Below are positions 37,404 through 50,600 of a DNA stretch of 64,000 bases, in pieces. The first letter of the stretch is position 1. Each line of letters begins with the position of its first letter. The DNA comes from Balanoglossus misakiensis (lineage: Eukaryota; Animalia; Hemichordata). The stretch spans positions 4,077,957-4,141,956 of the forward strand of contig CM082591.2 in NCBI GenBank assembly GCA_040954595.2, written 5' to 3'. Position numbers and translations under genes: made by a program. Below the pieces are notes generated by a model. The model did no database searches. It was not told the DNA's origin and saw only the letters and a list, made by a program, of their open reading frames with translations.

Positions 37404-40400
37404 TCAGTTATTACTGGTGGTAACTCTGTCAATGAATTTCAGGTTGAGTGGTCGGTCCGGTGAAGAAAGTGATGTGATCTTCGCTTCTACATCAGTTGTT
37501 GGTTCGACGATAAATTGTTGACATATCTGAAAACATAAATAAACGGCATCTAAACCTTGATAATATCGAATCGATAAATTACGATGATTGTTGATTAATT
37601 ATGAACAATTATCATCGCATAGAATACAAATAAGAATTTGTAAGCTAGAACCTCGAGTATTTTTGACTTTTTATGCTGTAAAACGTAAGAACCTGGGTTT
37701 TCGTTAAGAACCTCGGCCACGTGTATAATTCGTATTTAAGAACCTCAATTTTCGGTAAGAACCTTGGCCACGTGTATAAATTCGTATTTAAGAACCTTGA
37801 TGATATCGGATCGATAAATTACGATGATTTTATTATGAACAATTATCATAAACTTCGCTTAATATTTTTTTCCACAGATGTCGATAATGTTAAAGAAGAC
37901 AGAATGGAGGAAAACTCACCCGTGCTAATGCCAAGTGTATTTCAAGCTCAGCCAGTCTCTTTCCTGTACAAAGAAGAAATGTTGGCTTAAGTTTACTGCT
38001 GGATACAATAAAATCCTAATTATTAGTCGTCGTCTGTCATGTAGCACGTAATTCTTGCATTTATTGGACAACTCTTCCACAATCGCTGTATGCAAGGTCT
38101 TGAATTGCACGCCCTCAACGACAAGCCCAGACAAACAAGGCTGTCCATGTATTTTGTAACGGCTTCTCCATCACGCAGCCTAGTTTTTTTCTCGACCATA
38201 CCCCGCTGTCCCAAAAGGGACTGGTGTTCACGGCCATTGTGTACGTCACTGCGCATGTGTAATGGATTCTTGGTAACATACGGTGGTAAAAGACTAACTT
38301 ACCGATACACATTCTTGGTCCGTATCCAAATGGTAACGATTTAAATCCATAGAAATGTTCGTGTTCCTCTCGAAGCCATCTTTCCGGTCGGAATTCAAGT
38401 GGATCTTGGAAATATTCGGGATCTCTTCCAAACAACCAAGTTTGTCCATTTATGGATGTCTGATATACCGTGTTATGAAGAAAACGAATCGCATCTTTAT
38501 TAGTTAAATGCAAGTTTCTCAAAATAGATTGTTAGATACATACATGTCACAAACATGTTATCGAGCCTGAGGATGATGTGGTCACATCCAAACGTTGCGC
38601 TCAAACTATTGTATTCTTGGGATTGGAAGTAAGGAACAAGTAGAACTCCTACAGTCGTCAGATACATGTATATATATACATATAAGTCATATTATTTAAA
38701 GAAGCTCACCTTGGCTGGTATTCGGTAACCCCTAATAACGATGTCTTTGTCAAGTATACGACCAGCATTGATAACAGTCGGGTATAACCTGGAAGGTGAA
38801 TTTTCACAAGACGTTGGGGGGGGGGGGGGATAAAGGGATATCACAAGTTGTTATTTACATAACCCCCTTATATGACCTTACATCCTTGTACTTCCAACAT
38901 TTTGGTACACGAAATGTGTAACATGTTGCTTTAAAAGTCGCCTTGGTACTTATACTTAGAGTATTTAGTCAATCTGATAGACTCATACCAACGGAAGTAC
39001 GAGTCGAGGATGTAAGGTCATGTAAGGGTCATGAAAATGGCCAGTCTTAACTCTTACCTCATAGTCTCTCTTAAAATTGCTTTCAAATATGGCATGTGAG
39101 AGATATGTTCATGTGTTGGTGTTTCTCCTGACGGGATCACGCGACTGACTTCTTCATACAGTGACTGCTGGACTTTGGGATGCTTCGCTACACAATACAG
39201 GGTCCACAAGAACGTATTAGACGTCTGCAATATACAATGTCAATAAAACTATTATGTGAAAACCGAAATCAAGGTAATCGAAAATGGCTGACTCGAGTTT
39301 TATAAAATTTTCAAATTATATATTTTAGAATTGAAATTGATTTTACAATTTTTACTGGCAAAATTACGAAAGGTTAGTAATCCTACATGTCCAACATCAT
39401 GAACTCTTGTATTCCAATTTTTCTCCAGCCATCTTACCGTATCCACCGCTGCTGCAAGTAACTCGGTTGCATTTGCATAGATTTCGTCCACCCCAAGTGT
39501 TCCATTGACAGCCATGTACGTGACGAAATCCACTTCTTCCCCGTCCATCTCCTCTCCGGCGGACAGTCGCTTAGTTACCTCGTTCATTTTCTCGTCAATC
39601 AACGTCTTGGCTGCAAGAATTACGTCAACATACACTCTCTTGTAACAAAATCACTGAGGGATGAACATTTTGGCAGTAACGTTTGAAACTAGTGCGAAAC
39701 TATGACCGTTTGGAGTGTTACTGTTAGGAAATGAATTTATTGGCGATACCTTAACACCAATCCAACATTTCAATCAACGAGTCCGCCAGTCTGTCTGTCT
39801 GTCTGTCTGCTTGCCTGTCTATTTTATTTATATTTGTTATACCAACACAAACGAAGCGATATAGTCCGAGTTATATAATTCATCTATCTAAAGCTGTTAA
39901 ACCAATATTACTCCCACTTCACCTGTTGCATAAATGGTATCCCATGCCTTCATATGTTTCTTCCATATCCAAGTATTGTACTTTTTCTGAATCTGAGCTG
40001 GGATCATGAACAGCCAAATCGTTGTACCGAACATGTCGTGTACAGCCTGGATGAATGCTTGCGCGTCAGGGTGTGGCTTGTCATCAAGAAGATCCAACTT
40101 TTTGTTCAAAATGACAGCACAGGCAGCTGGAAAATTATAATATTACCGTTACACTTTGCCTAAAAATACACCCGCAATGATGGTTTAGTATAATACAAAG
40201 TAACAACCATATTGTTTGCAATGATGTACATTGTAGCCGTTACACTACAGTGTAATACAAAGTAACAACCATATTGTTTGCAATGATGTACATTGTAGCC
40301 GTTACACTACAGTGTAATACAAAGTAACAACCATATTGTTTGCAATGATGTACATTGTAGCAGTTACTTGACTTGCTGGCAGCTGCGTCTTATACCCACA

Positions 40401-41414
40401 GACAGGACGACGCCGTCCCTTCAAAGTAAACATGTTTATAATACTCACAATCTAGAGCCCAGTTGAACAGTATGTTTTCGATGTCAGGAACAATTTTGTT
40501 GTTGTCATGGGAATTCCTGGCCCTGACAACTTTATTCAGCATGTCAGTGACGACGTCGTTGACTGTGTCATTGTACGATGCAACTTCTTTCGGTCTTAGC
40601 ATTCGTTTACTGAGAGCGGACCTGTTGCGGTGCCAATCTTTTCCTTCACTGGAGAATGAGTAAGTGAAAAAACGAGACCGAAAATGAATCGCTTCCAGAA
40701 AACAGAAATTGGAAAACTCAGTTACAAAGTTGCAGACAAAATTATTTTAAAACAAAAGAGGTAGTTGTTAGATTACCACGAAATTGCAATTAGTTTATTT
40801 CATCGTTTTTTTTAAATTGTTACTGCACAGTGTGCGAAGATCTTGTGGGTAAGAGCGTTCAAGCAGCCATTTTGTTTTATGGGGCGAGACAACGTTCTGA
40901 TGCCTTTGCAACGTCTTGATATTCGCTATCTAGCGATAAGAACACAACAATGGGAAAGGACGGGTGACCTTTGATCTACTTACTGGAGTAAGACACCGAG
41001 AGCCAGTTTCCGTTCTTTCCGGTGCAGTAACCATGGTTCAAGCGGCATTCTCGTGGGATATTTCCCTTCATTTCTCAGCACAGTTTCAAAATCTTTCGGG
41101 TCGGCTAGTGTCACTATGACAAGAGACCCAACTCGCTGCTTCCAGATAGGCCCGAAGTCGCGCCGAAACTGGTTCAAAAGTGCCCACGGTTTCTGCATCG
41201 TCCCCTTCGCTACGGCAGTCACGAAAAACTTCGCAGCTGATAAGAAACCAGTGTCGGGCCCCGGAATGTCTTCGAGCGATTTCACGGCATCGCTGCCCAT
41301 TGTATCCACTTCATTCTGTGGAGACGACGACGCCGTTGACCGGAATCGGAAACAGCCATTGAGACCGACGTACCGCTGCCCGCAATGTCGCAGCACACGA
41401 TTGCAAGTCGCCAT
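37404..41414 (-). CDS. Mitochondrial-clan cytochrome P450 (CYP27-like), paralog A
   Basis: 9 exons: 41414-40984, 40648-40449, 40126-39923, 39610-39438, 39224-39058, 38788-38710, 38459-38303, 37963-37920, 37526-37404. Arg-rich presequence, RNEGKYP.R, WHRNR, AAVDTTS, MPYLKA..RETMR, PERW and heme motif [16 protein letters not shown]. Confidence 0.92.
38563..38602 (+). ncRNA. Degenerate minimal hammerhead ribozyme motif (Penelope-like element remnant)
   Basis: gagc-CTGAGGA-t-gatgtg/gt/cacatc-cAAA-cgtt-gc-gctc gives stem I, the CUGANGA core, stem II and a palindromic stem III; the GAAA box reads CAAA. Confidence 0.45.
38857..39036. mobile_element. MITE (atgaccttacatc...gtacttcc TIR family)
   Basis: Inverted repeats atgaccttacatccttgtacttcc / ggaagtacg...gatgtaaggtcat. 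A half copy lies at ~44440-44485 and a full copy at 50516-50748. Confidence 0.65.
40175..40368 (-). repeat. ~62-bp satellite (3 units) in CYP-A intron 2
   Basis: Same unit as 9427-9615 in reverse orientation; a homologous array lies at 45615-45810. Confidence 0.85.
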
Positions 41415-41947
41415 TTTGGTGACTCTTAGTCATACACAGTGTCAGCGTGACCCCGATATCACCGCACTTTTATTTGCATAAAGGAATGAGATTACAATAG
41501 CAAGGGTTGGTAGCCAAGTAATACAATCAAGTATAAAACTAGACTAAGTCCAGAGTTTAACACAAATAGTAACCATACTAGCCACGTTATTTACACAGCT
41601 ACTGATCCTTGGCGGTCTATATGCCCCCTTGTCGAACACGAGGACACATTGCACATTAATAATATACTTCTACACGTACCTGGAACAATAAATCATACAC
41701 TTCATGCCCAACAGGCACAGAGTGTGCCCTTTAGAAATATCTTGAGATGAGCTCATCTATTTTGTCCATTCTTTGTTTGACTCGCCCATCTATGGTCATG
41801 CTTTGTTGACTTGTATAAAAACAACTTTCTTGCCCAACAAAGATCGAAAGGCAGACAAAACTCCCAGTGCCCTATCACCCTATTACAGCTACTGTGCCGT
41901 GTAACGTTTAACACGAGCTGTTTGTCTTGTATCTCGAAAGGTCTCGC

Positions 41948-44900
41948 TCATTTCGGAAAATGCTCTATTGCCTGTCCAACAATCTCTATTGCCTCTCCAA
42001 AAATGCCAAACATACTACCGCCGGTATCTCTATCAATGAATTTCAGATTGAGTGGTCGGTCCGGTGAAGAAATTGTTGTAATCTTTGCTTCTACGTCAGT
42101 CGTAGGTTCGATGATAAATTGTTGACATATCTGGAAGATAAAGGAATTTAACCCCTTACATTCTCCCCTTAATATTTGAAACCTAACAAATTATTCAACT
42201 GGCACATATTTGACTCATCAACTCACATTTAATCAAAACTGCTACATTCACCTGCGACATGTATTTCATCAGTTACACTTCGGTTTATCCTGTGCGGCCG
42301 CATCTACTTCCGGTTGCTGCAGTTGGTATTTCATTACTAAACATGGCGGATACCGATCGAAATGTACACATTAGCGAGGTATTTAAGGGTGTCGAAAATA
42401 CAAGAGTGAGGGGCCAAAGTGCGGGACACGCACAGTGCTATAAATGGCACTCTGCGGGAATTATCCGACGCGCAGGAAACGGACCTTGCTCTGTTCCCGG
42501 CGTTACACGGCCTCCACCACTGGAGGCCGTGCAGTGTAACCGGGAACACACAGACCAGTACGCAGATCTAGGAACGGACCGTTTGATTTTTCAGCATGTG
42601 TACTCGGACAGAGAAAAAAAATGAGCCAGGCCTGTATGGCTTGTGAACGACGTTGCATAAACGTGTGTCATCCTTGGGTTTACCACTTACGAATGCAACA
42701 TCAGGACAGTAGAAAATGTCGATTGTGGGTGGTTGATCGCCCGATCATTTATTATTTTCAACGCCCGATCGAATGTCGTCGGTCGTCGTCAAAAACACGA
42801 TCGACCTCCTCGAAATGCAACATGAAAGTAGAAAATGTCGGTCAAAAACACGATCGAACTCTACGCCCGAATGTCGTCGGACGTCGTCAAAAACACGAAA
42901 GACCTCCTCCAAATGCAACAGGACAATAGAAAATGTCGATCGTGGGCGGTTGATCGCCCTATCATTCGCCCGAATGTCGTCGGACGTTGTCAAAAACACG
43001 ATCGACCTCGAAATGCAACATGAAAGTAGAAAATGTCGGTCAAAAACACCCCCTCGAAATGCAACATGAAAGTAGAAAATGTCGGTCAAAAACACGATCG
43101 AACTCCTCGAAATTCAAATGTAATCAAAGCCAAGGGTCCCGCAGAGTCCCACATCTTGTGCATTGTGCGTGTATTCCCGCAGAGTGCCATTTATTGCACT
43201 GTGCGTGTCCCGCACTTTGGCCCCTCACTCTTGTATTTTCGACACCCTTAAATACCTGCATTAGCACACGTTTGAATACCTCCCCGGCTAATGTCACTGA
43301 CAAGCAATTTAGGCGCTGACCATACACGGGTCACGCCAATGGCCTATTGCAATGGATGGCGTGCTCGACTGATGGCATGCATACACAACCGCACGGTGGC
43401 GCTATTAAACGGCCATATTTGCTGATTATGTAAGAGAAAAAGCCGTATTGTAGGTCAACTCACCCGCGCCAATGCCAAGTGTATTTCAAGCTCAGCCAGT
43501 CTCTTTCCTATAAAGAGAAGACATTTTGACGTAATCTTACTGCTGGATTTATCATGTTGTTCATCGTCATCCGTCATATTTCGCGAGAAAAGACTACACG
43601 CAGGATTGACCACTGGGGCCTATTCCAAAACTAACTTACCGATACACATTCGTGGTCCGTATCCAAATGGTAATGATTTAAACCCATAGAAATGTTCATG
43701 TTCTTCTCGAAGCCATCTTTCCGGTCGGAATTCAAGTGGATCTTGGAAATATTCAGGATCTCTTCCCATCAACCATGTTTGTCCAGCTATGGGTGTCTGG
43801 TGCACCGTGTTAAGAAGAAATCGGTTAGAATCGGTTAGCAGTTTTAAGTTAAACAAAGACCCTCAAAAGTTACTGTTTATAAGAATGCGAGTACACATAC
43901 ATACATACATACATACATACATACATACATACATACATACATACATACATACATACATACATACATACATACATACATACATACATACATACATACATAC
44001 ATACATACATAAATACATACATACATACATACATACATACATACATACATACATACATACATACATACATACATACATACATACATACATACATACATAC
44101 ATACATACATACATACATACATACATACATACATACATACAGTACATGCAGTAGCTCACCTTGGCTGGTATTCTGTATCCCCTAATAATGATATCTTTGT
44201 CAAGTATACGACCATTATTGATAACTGGCGGGTAAACCCTGAAAGGAGTATTTCCACAAGACATTACATGTATATTGTATAACAACCACATATATCCATG
44301 TATGTATTTTCTGTAATTTCAATACTGACCCCATCAAACAAATATTGCTTGAAAAAGAACCGATTTGCTAATTTGGTACACAATTCATTGAATACAACTG
44401 CAATTTTTTTTTGAGATTTTAATCCAAATGAAGGATTCATACCAACGGAAGTACGAGGATGTAAGGTCATGTAAGGGTCATGAAAATGACCTGTTAACTC
44501 TTACCTCATAGTCTCTCTTAAAATTGCTTTCAAATATGGCATGTGAGAGATATGTTCATGTGTTGGTGTTTCTCCTGACGGGATCACGTGACTGACTTCT
44601 TCATACAGTGACTGCTGGACGTGTGGATGCTTTGCTACACAGTACAGGGTCCATAAGAACGCATTGGATGTCTGCAATATACAACGCATAAAACTATTAT
44701 ATAAAACCGATTTTAATTATCTGGGCCTTCTGGTAAAGGAACGAAAGACTGGTGTTTCCAATCGACAATGCCGTGAGAATAGCCTCTAGTACATGGTTGT
44801 AGAGTAGACCTCTTGTAGGCCAAACTTTCTCCAGCCATCTTACCGTATCCACTGCTGCTGCAAGTAACTCGGTTACATTTGCATAGATTTCTTCCACCTC

Positions 44901-45061
44901 AAGTGTTCCCTTGACAGCCATGTACGTGACGAAATCCACTTCTTCCTCGTCAAGCTCTTCTCCGGCGGACAGTCGCTTAGTTACCGCGTTCATTTTCTCG
45001 TCAATTAACGTCTTCGCTGCAAGAATAACGGAAACACGCTCTTTCTCATGACAAATGTATG

Positions 45062-45092
<31 letters not shown>

Positions 45093-46666
45093 GCATGCAT
45101 GTATGTATGCATGCATGCATGCATGCATGTATGTATGTATGTATGCATGCATGTATGTATGTATGTATGTATGTATGTATGTATGTATGTATGTATGTAT
45201 GTATGTATGTATGTATGTATGTATGTATGTATGTATGTATGTATGTATGTATGTATGTATGTATGTTCTATTTAGACATGTTATACCAACACAAGCAAAG
45301 CGATATAGTTTGATTTATATGATTCGCCCATCTGACGCTGTTAGCCAATAATACTCCTACTTCACCTGTTGCATAAATGGTATCCCATGCCCTCACATGT
45401 TTCTTCCATATCCGAGTATTTAACTTCTTCTGAATCTGAGCTGGAACCATGAACAGCCAAAGAGTTGTGTCGAACATGTCGTGTACAGCCTGGATGAATG
45501 CTTGTGCGTCAGGGTGTGGCTTGTCATTGAGAAGATCCAACTTTTTGTTCAAAATGACAGCACAGGCAGCTAGAAAATTATAATATTACCGTTACACTTT
45601 GCCTAAAATACACCCGCAATGATGTTTAGTATAATACAAAGTAACAACCATATTGTTTGTAATGATGTACATTGTAGCCGTTACACTACAGCGTAATACA
45701 AAGTAATAACCATATTGTTTGTAATGATGTACATTGTAGCCGTTACACAACAGTGTAATACAAAGTAACAACCATATTGTTTGCAATGGTGTACATTGTA
45801 GCAGTTACTTTGACTTGCTGGCAGCTGCGTCTTATACCCGCAGACATAATACTCACAATCTAGAGCCCAGTTGAACAGTATGTTTTCGATGTCAGGAACA
45901 ATACTATTGTTGGCATGAGAGTCCCTGGCCCTGACCACTTTATTTAGCATGTCAGTTATGACGTCATTGACTGTGTCATTGTACGATGCAACTTCTCTGG
46001 GTCTTAGCATTCGTTTACTGAGAGCAGTTCTGTTACGGTGCCAATCTTTTCCTTCACTGGAGATTGGGAAAGAACAGAAGATAGCATATGTTGCTTTGGT
46101 TTTCTCTTATTATTTGACATCTTAATTAAATTAAGGTGGGTGACCTCATTTCAAGGACATGGGCGTGCCTACAATCGTTAAAGGTCATGAGAACTAAATA
46201 TTCACAAGAGGAAGGAACGGTGACCCTATACTTACTGAAGTAGGACACCAAGACCAAGTTTTCGTTCTTCTCGGTGCAGTAACCATGGTATAAATGGCAT
46301 TCTCATGGGATATTTCCCTTCATTTCTCAGCACAGTTTCAAAATCTTTCGGGTCGGCTAATGTAACCATTACGAAAGCCCCAAATCTTTGCTTCCAGATA
46401 GGCCCGAAGTCGCGCCGAAACTGGGTCAAAAATGACCACGGTTTCTGCATTGTCCCATTCGCTACGGCAGTCACGAAAAACTTTGCAGTTGCTAACAAAC
46501 CAGTGTCGGGCCCCGGAATGTCGTCGAACGATTTCACGGCATCGCTGCCAATTGTATCCACTTCATTCTGTGGAGACGACGACGCCGTTGACCGGAATCG
46601 GAAACAGCCATTGAGACCGACGTACCGCCGCCCGCAATGTCGCAGCACACGATTACAAGTCGCCAT
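41948..46666 (-). CDS. Mitochondrial-clan cytochrome P450 (CYP27-like), paralog B
   Basis: 9 exons: 46666-46236, 46056-45857, 45569-45366, 45016-44844, 44671-44505, 44238-44160, 43796-43640, 43507-43464, 42130-41948. All P450 motifs are intact; very close to paralog A, with an extended C-terminus. Confidence 0.9.
42368..43294. mobile_element. Non-autonomous DNA element with 85-bp inverted repeats and an internal tandem array
   Basis: IRs at 42377-42461 and 43173-43257 (1 mismatch). About 5 internal copies of gaaatgcaacatgaaagtagaaaatgtcg. Confidence 0.75.
43895..44140. repeat. (CATA)n microsatellite
   Basis: Long tetranucleotide run in CYP-B intron 6. Confidence 0.95.
45055..45265. repeat. 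(TATG)n/(CATG)n microsatellite
   Basis: Tetranucleotide run in CYP-B intron 3. Confidence 0.95.
45615..45810 (-). repeat. ~62-bp satellite (3 units) in CYP-B intron 2
   Basis: Same unit as 9427-9615. Confidence 0.85.
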
Positions 46667-47619
46667 TTTGGTGACTCTTAGTCATACACAGTGTCAGCGT
46701 GACCCCGATATCACTGCACTTTTATTTGCATAAAGGAATGAGATTACAATAGCAAGGGTTGGTAGCCAAGTAATACAATCAAGTATAAAACTAGACTAAG
46801 TCCAGAGTTTAACACAAATAGTAACCATACTAGCCACGTTATATACACAGCTACTGAGTCCTTGGCGGTTCTATGCCCCCTTGTCGAACACGATGACACA
46901 TTGCACATTAATAATATACTTCTACACCTGGAACAATAAATCATACACTTCATGCCCAATAGGCACAGTGTGTACCCTTTAGAAATATCTTGAGATGAGC
47001 TCATCTATTTGTGCATTCTTTGTTGAACTCGCCCATCTATGGTCATGCTTTGTTGACTTGTATAAAAACAACTTTCTTGCCCAACAAAGACTGAAAGGAA
47101 GACAAAACTCACCTTCGTGAAGTTTTGCCTGTAACTCATTGAAAGAGTAGGATCCCCCAGTGCTCTATCACCCAGATAAACTTTACACAGACTATACACC
47201 TATAATAACCACTTGCCAAATTTTCAGACAAGGGGATAAATTCTTGACGAACCGTGAAGAAACGCTGAACACAAAAGACACCCGATAGAATATTATACGA
47301 CAGATGTGAACTGAATTTGCTCCGTGGTTGCACTTTTTGTGCCATTATAACTGTGAGATATGAATCACTACCGTGACTGCATGTTACTGTAGACATGTAT
47401 CACACCAAGACGTAGTAACTATGACCATTACACATCCATGAGTACAAAGCAGAATAAATGATGGAAATAAAGATCCAGTAATTTTTGTGGTCAACAAACC
47501 CAATTGATGTCACCACGTCACACCTCATTTGAATTAAAGTACGCGGAACTCATTGAATATTTAACGAGGGCTGAGATACCTATACACATCCTTGCCCTGT
47601 CTCTGAAGACTGTGTCAAA

Positions 47620-50600
47620 ATGGCGCAATCAATGCAGGTGGTACAACATCTTACCCGACGGTACACCATGGCCCTTGCCAATCGTAGACTTCGATCAACG
47701 GCATCGTCTCTGGTGGATAGAGTTGATAAAACGGAGAGTAACGCTGATGTTGTCAAATCCTTCGAAGAAATGCCCGGGCGCGAGACTGGCTTGTGGAGAA
47801 GTTTCAAGTTTTACACGAAGGCACTAGTGACCGGGTCAATGCGGAAACCTTGGAAACTGTTCACCAAGGTTCGAGACGAGTACGGACCCATCTGGAGGCA
47901 GAGACTGGGGTCGTTCCTGGTGGTGTTTGTAGCCGACGCGAAATACTACGAAATTGTGGCGAGGAATGAAGGAAGATATCCGACTAGAATGCCATTTGCT
48001 CCGTGGATACAACACCGCCGCGAAAGAAATCTGGAACTTGGTCTTCTACTCCTGTAAGTATTGAAGTCGTTGTTAGCTGTGGTAACAAAGAGTGGCTATA
48101 CAAAACAAGTTAGGCGGGTTTATTTTATATACGTATATCATCACCAGTGAGCTAATTTCGCACCGATACCTGTCTGTTTATGTGTTTTATATCTGCGGGG
48201 CTCACATGAGTCTTGTCAACCTTTTGGACATCTCACTCTCTCTCTCTCTGTCTCTCTCCAGGGAAGGAGAAGATTGGCATCGCAATAGAATGGCACTCAG
48301 TAAACGATTACTAATACCAAAGGAGGTTGCATACCACAATGACACCGTCAATGACGTCATCACTGACATGGTCAATAAATTGGTCAGAGCTAGGGATTCC
48401 CATGGCAAGGACAATATTGTCCCAGATATTGAAAATATAATGTTCAAATGGACTCTAGACAGTAAGTATTTCATACTCTTTTCTAAGAGCAAGTTTTGCA
48501 CATTTAGAATTAACTTTAAAGATTCCCCAAAGCAGGAGCTCTTCAATCTTTCTATTTCAGTAGCAATTACTTATTTTTGAAATGAGTTGCTCGAAAACTG
48601 TTGTCATCTCCTTTCCGTGCCTTCATCGCATTTTCACCATGGACGACCCAGCAAGATTTTGGAATATGCACATCATAAACTAAACGAGTGGATGTTCTTC
48701 GTATTTCGCAGCTGCCTGTTCAGTGTTTTTGGGCAGGAAGTTGAATCTTCTGGACGACAAGCCACACCCAGAGGGGGAAGCGTTTATCCAGGCTGTGCAT
48801 GATGTGTTTGCCACAACAGTTTGGTTATTTGTAGTTCCGGTTCGCGTTCATAAGATGTTGAACACCTGGATTTGGAAGAAGCATCTCAGAGTGTGGGATA
48901 CCATCTATGTTATAGGTGAACTATAAGTATGAGTTGGTTAATCAGTGAGCGAGGCGACTAGTAAAGACTTGAGTAGTGTTTCTTAACAAAACGTATTGGT
49001 ATAAGCTGAAAAGAAGATGGATGGATGGATGGATGATTAGCTATAGTTGGTTAGATGTTGCATTTTATTTATGGATCTCAATTCTTTTTATACATCATTC
49101 ATAAACAATTTTATAAAACATTGTGCGCATCATTCATAAATGATATCCTTTAGCCTTGTTTATAACAATCCAAATGCGACTGCCTTCTTCCCTGCAGTGA
49201 AAAAGTTGATCGACGTGAAGATGATTGAAGTTAATAAACGACTGTCTGCTGGAGAAAAGATTGATGACGACGTCGATTTCATTACTTCTATGGCAGCCAG
49301 TGGAACGCTTAGCATTGGTGAAATGTACTCCAATGCAACAGAGTTACTCGCAGGGGCAGTGGACGCGGTAAGATGATTGACGTTTTGATTTTGATCTGGA
49401 ATTGCATTAGGGAGCGTTCGGTTTACACGCAAAAGGGGGGGGGGGGGTAGTCGAATGTAGTAATGTTTCTTGCCAAGAAGCGGGGAGGGTCACTTATATA
49501 TACTTTTCAGCAATGTTCGCGCAGGCAAAGAAGACGTCATACAATAGATCCCCAAAACTTGAATTTGTATAATTATATTCACCGATATAGACATCCGTTA
49601 CGCTACTGTGGGTATTGTACTGTGTGGCACAGCATCCAGACATCCAGCAGAGAGTGTACGAGGAAGTGAAACAAGGTATTCCACGGGGAGAAATACCAAC
49701 ACATGAACATATCAAACAAATGCCATACTTGAAAGCAGTTGTGAAGGAGACTATCAGGTAAGCATGAAACTACAACCTGTGTACAGCAAGACAAAGGGAG
49801 TTTGATGATTAGCCATGTGCACATGTTGCCTTCATGCAACTGACGTAAATAATAAATATGTTTATCACCAATAATGCATGCTGTATGTTGTATGTGTTAG
49901 GTTACACCCTGCGTCTGTCATTGTCTCCCGGATAGCGGACAAAGATATTACCGTTGGAGGTTATCGTATCCCTGCCAAGGTGAGTTATTCCTTTATATAA
50001 TGGCAAATGTATGAGTTTGTTGGACGTTACATTCGGAATACACGAATACAGGAATTAACGTAGGTTCTCCCTAAATGTATATAGGGTTTAATTTCCTGAC
50101 TATTTTATAGAATGTCTGAGTATTATCATGAGGCCATGGAGATCAAACATTTTGAAAGAAACAGCCAGATAGCTCCTCCCACGAATTCCAGCTATACATG
50201 TGACACAGATGACACTCAGTTCGATCAAATATTCTTTTACAGACTCCCATCATTGGTCATGTATGGTTGATGTCAAGAGATCCCCAATATTTCGAGGATC
50301 CACTCGAATTCCGACCTGACAGATGGCTGCGAGAAGAGAACGAACGCTTCTATGGATATAAAAACACATCCTTTGGAGTTGGGCCCAGAATGTGTATTGG
50401 TGAGTTAGTTTCGAAAGTAAGTTAACAGTTAGCCTTCTTTTGCGAAGAAAGTGGACAAGACGGACCATGGCTACACTGTCAGTGTCGTAGGTTTCCGATA
50501 CAAAATGTGCCGACGCTTTCATGACCCCTACATGACCTTACATCCTCGTACTTCCGTTGATACGAATCCATCAGTCTGATTAAAAACTCTATAACTGCGG

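Noticed and set aside
42690-43110. CRISPR-like regularly spaced repeats (also the 62-bp and 50-bp arrays)
   Set aside because: The intervening sequences are themselves repeated rather than unique spacers; eukaryotic intron context and no cas genes.
19950-45351. Many ORFs with (MYVC)n or (HTYI)n repeats
   Set aside because: They are translations of intronic (TATG)n/(CATA)n microsatellites.
50341-50400. Apparent frameshift near the CYP-C heme motif
   Set aside because: Recounting gives an intact frame, YGYKNTSFGVGPRMCIG.
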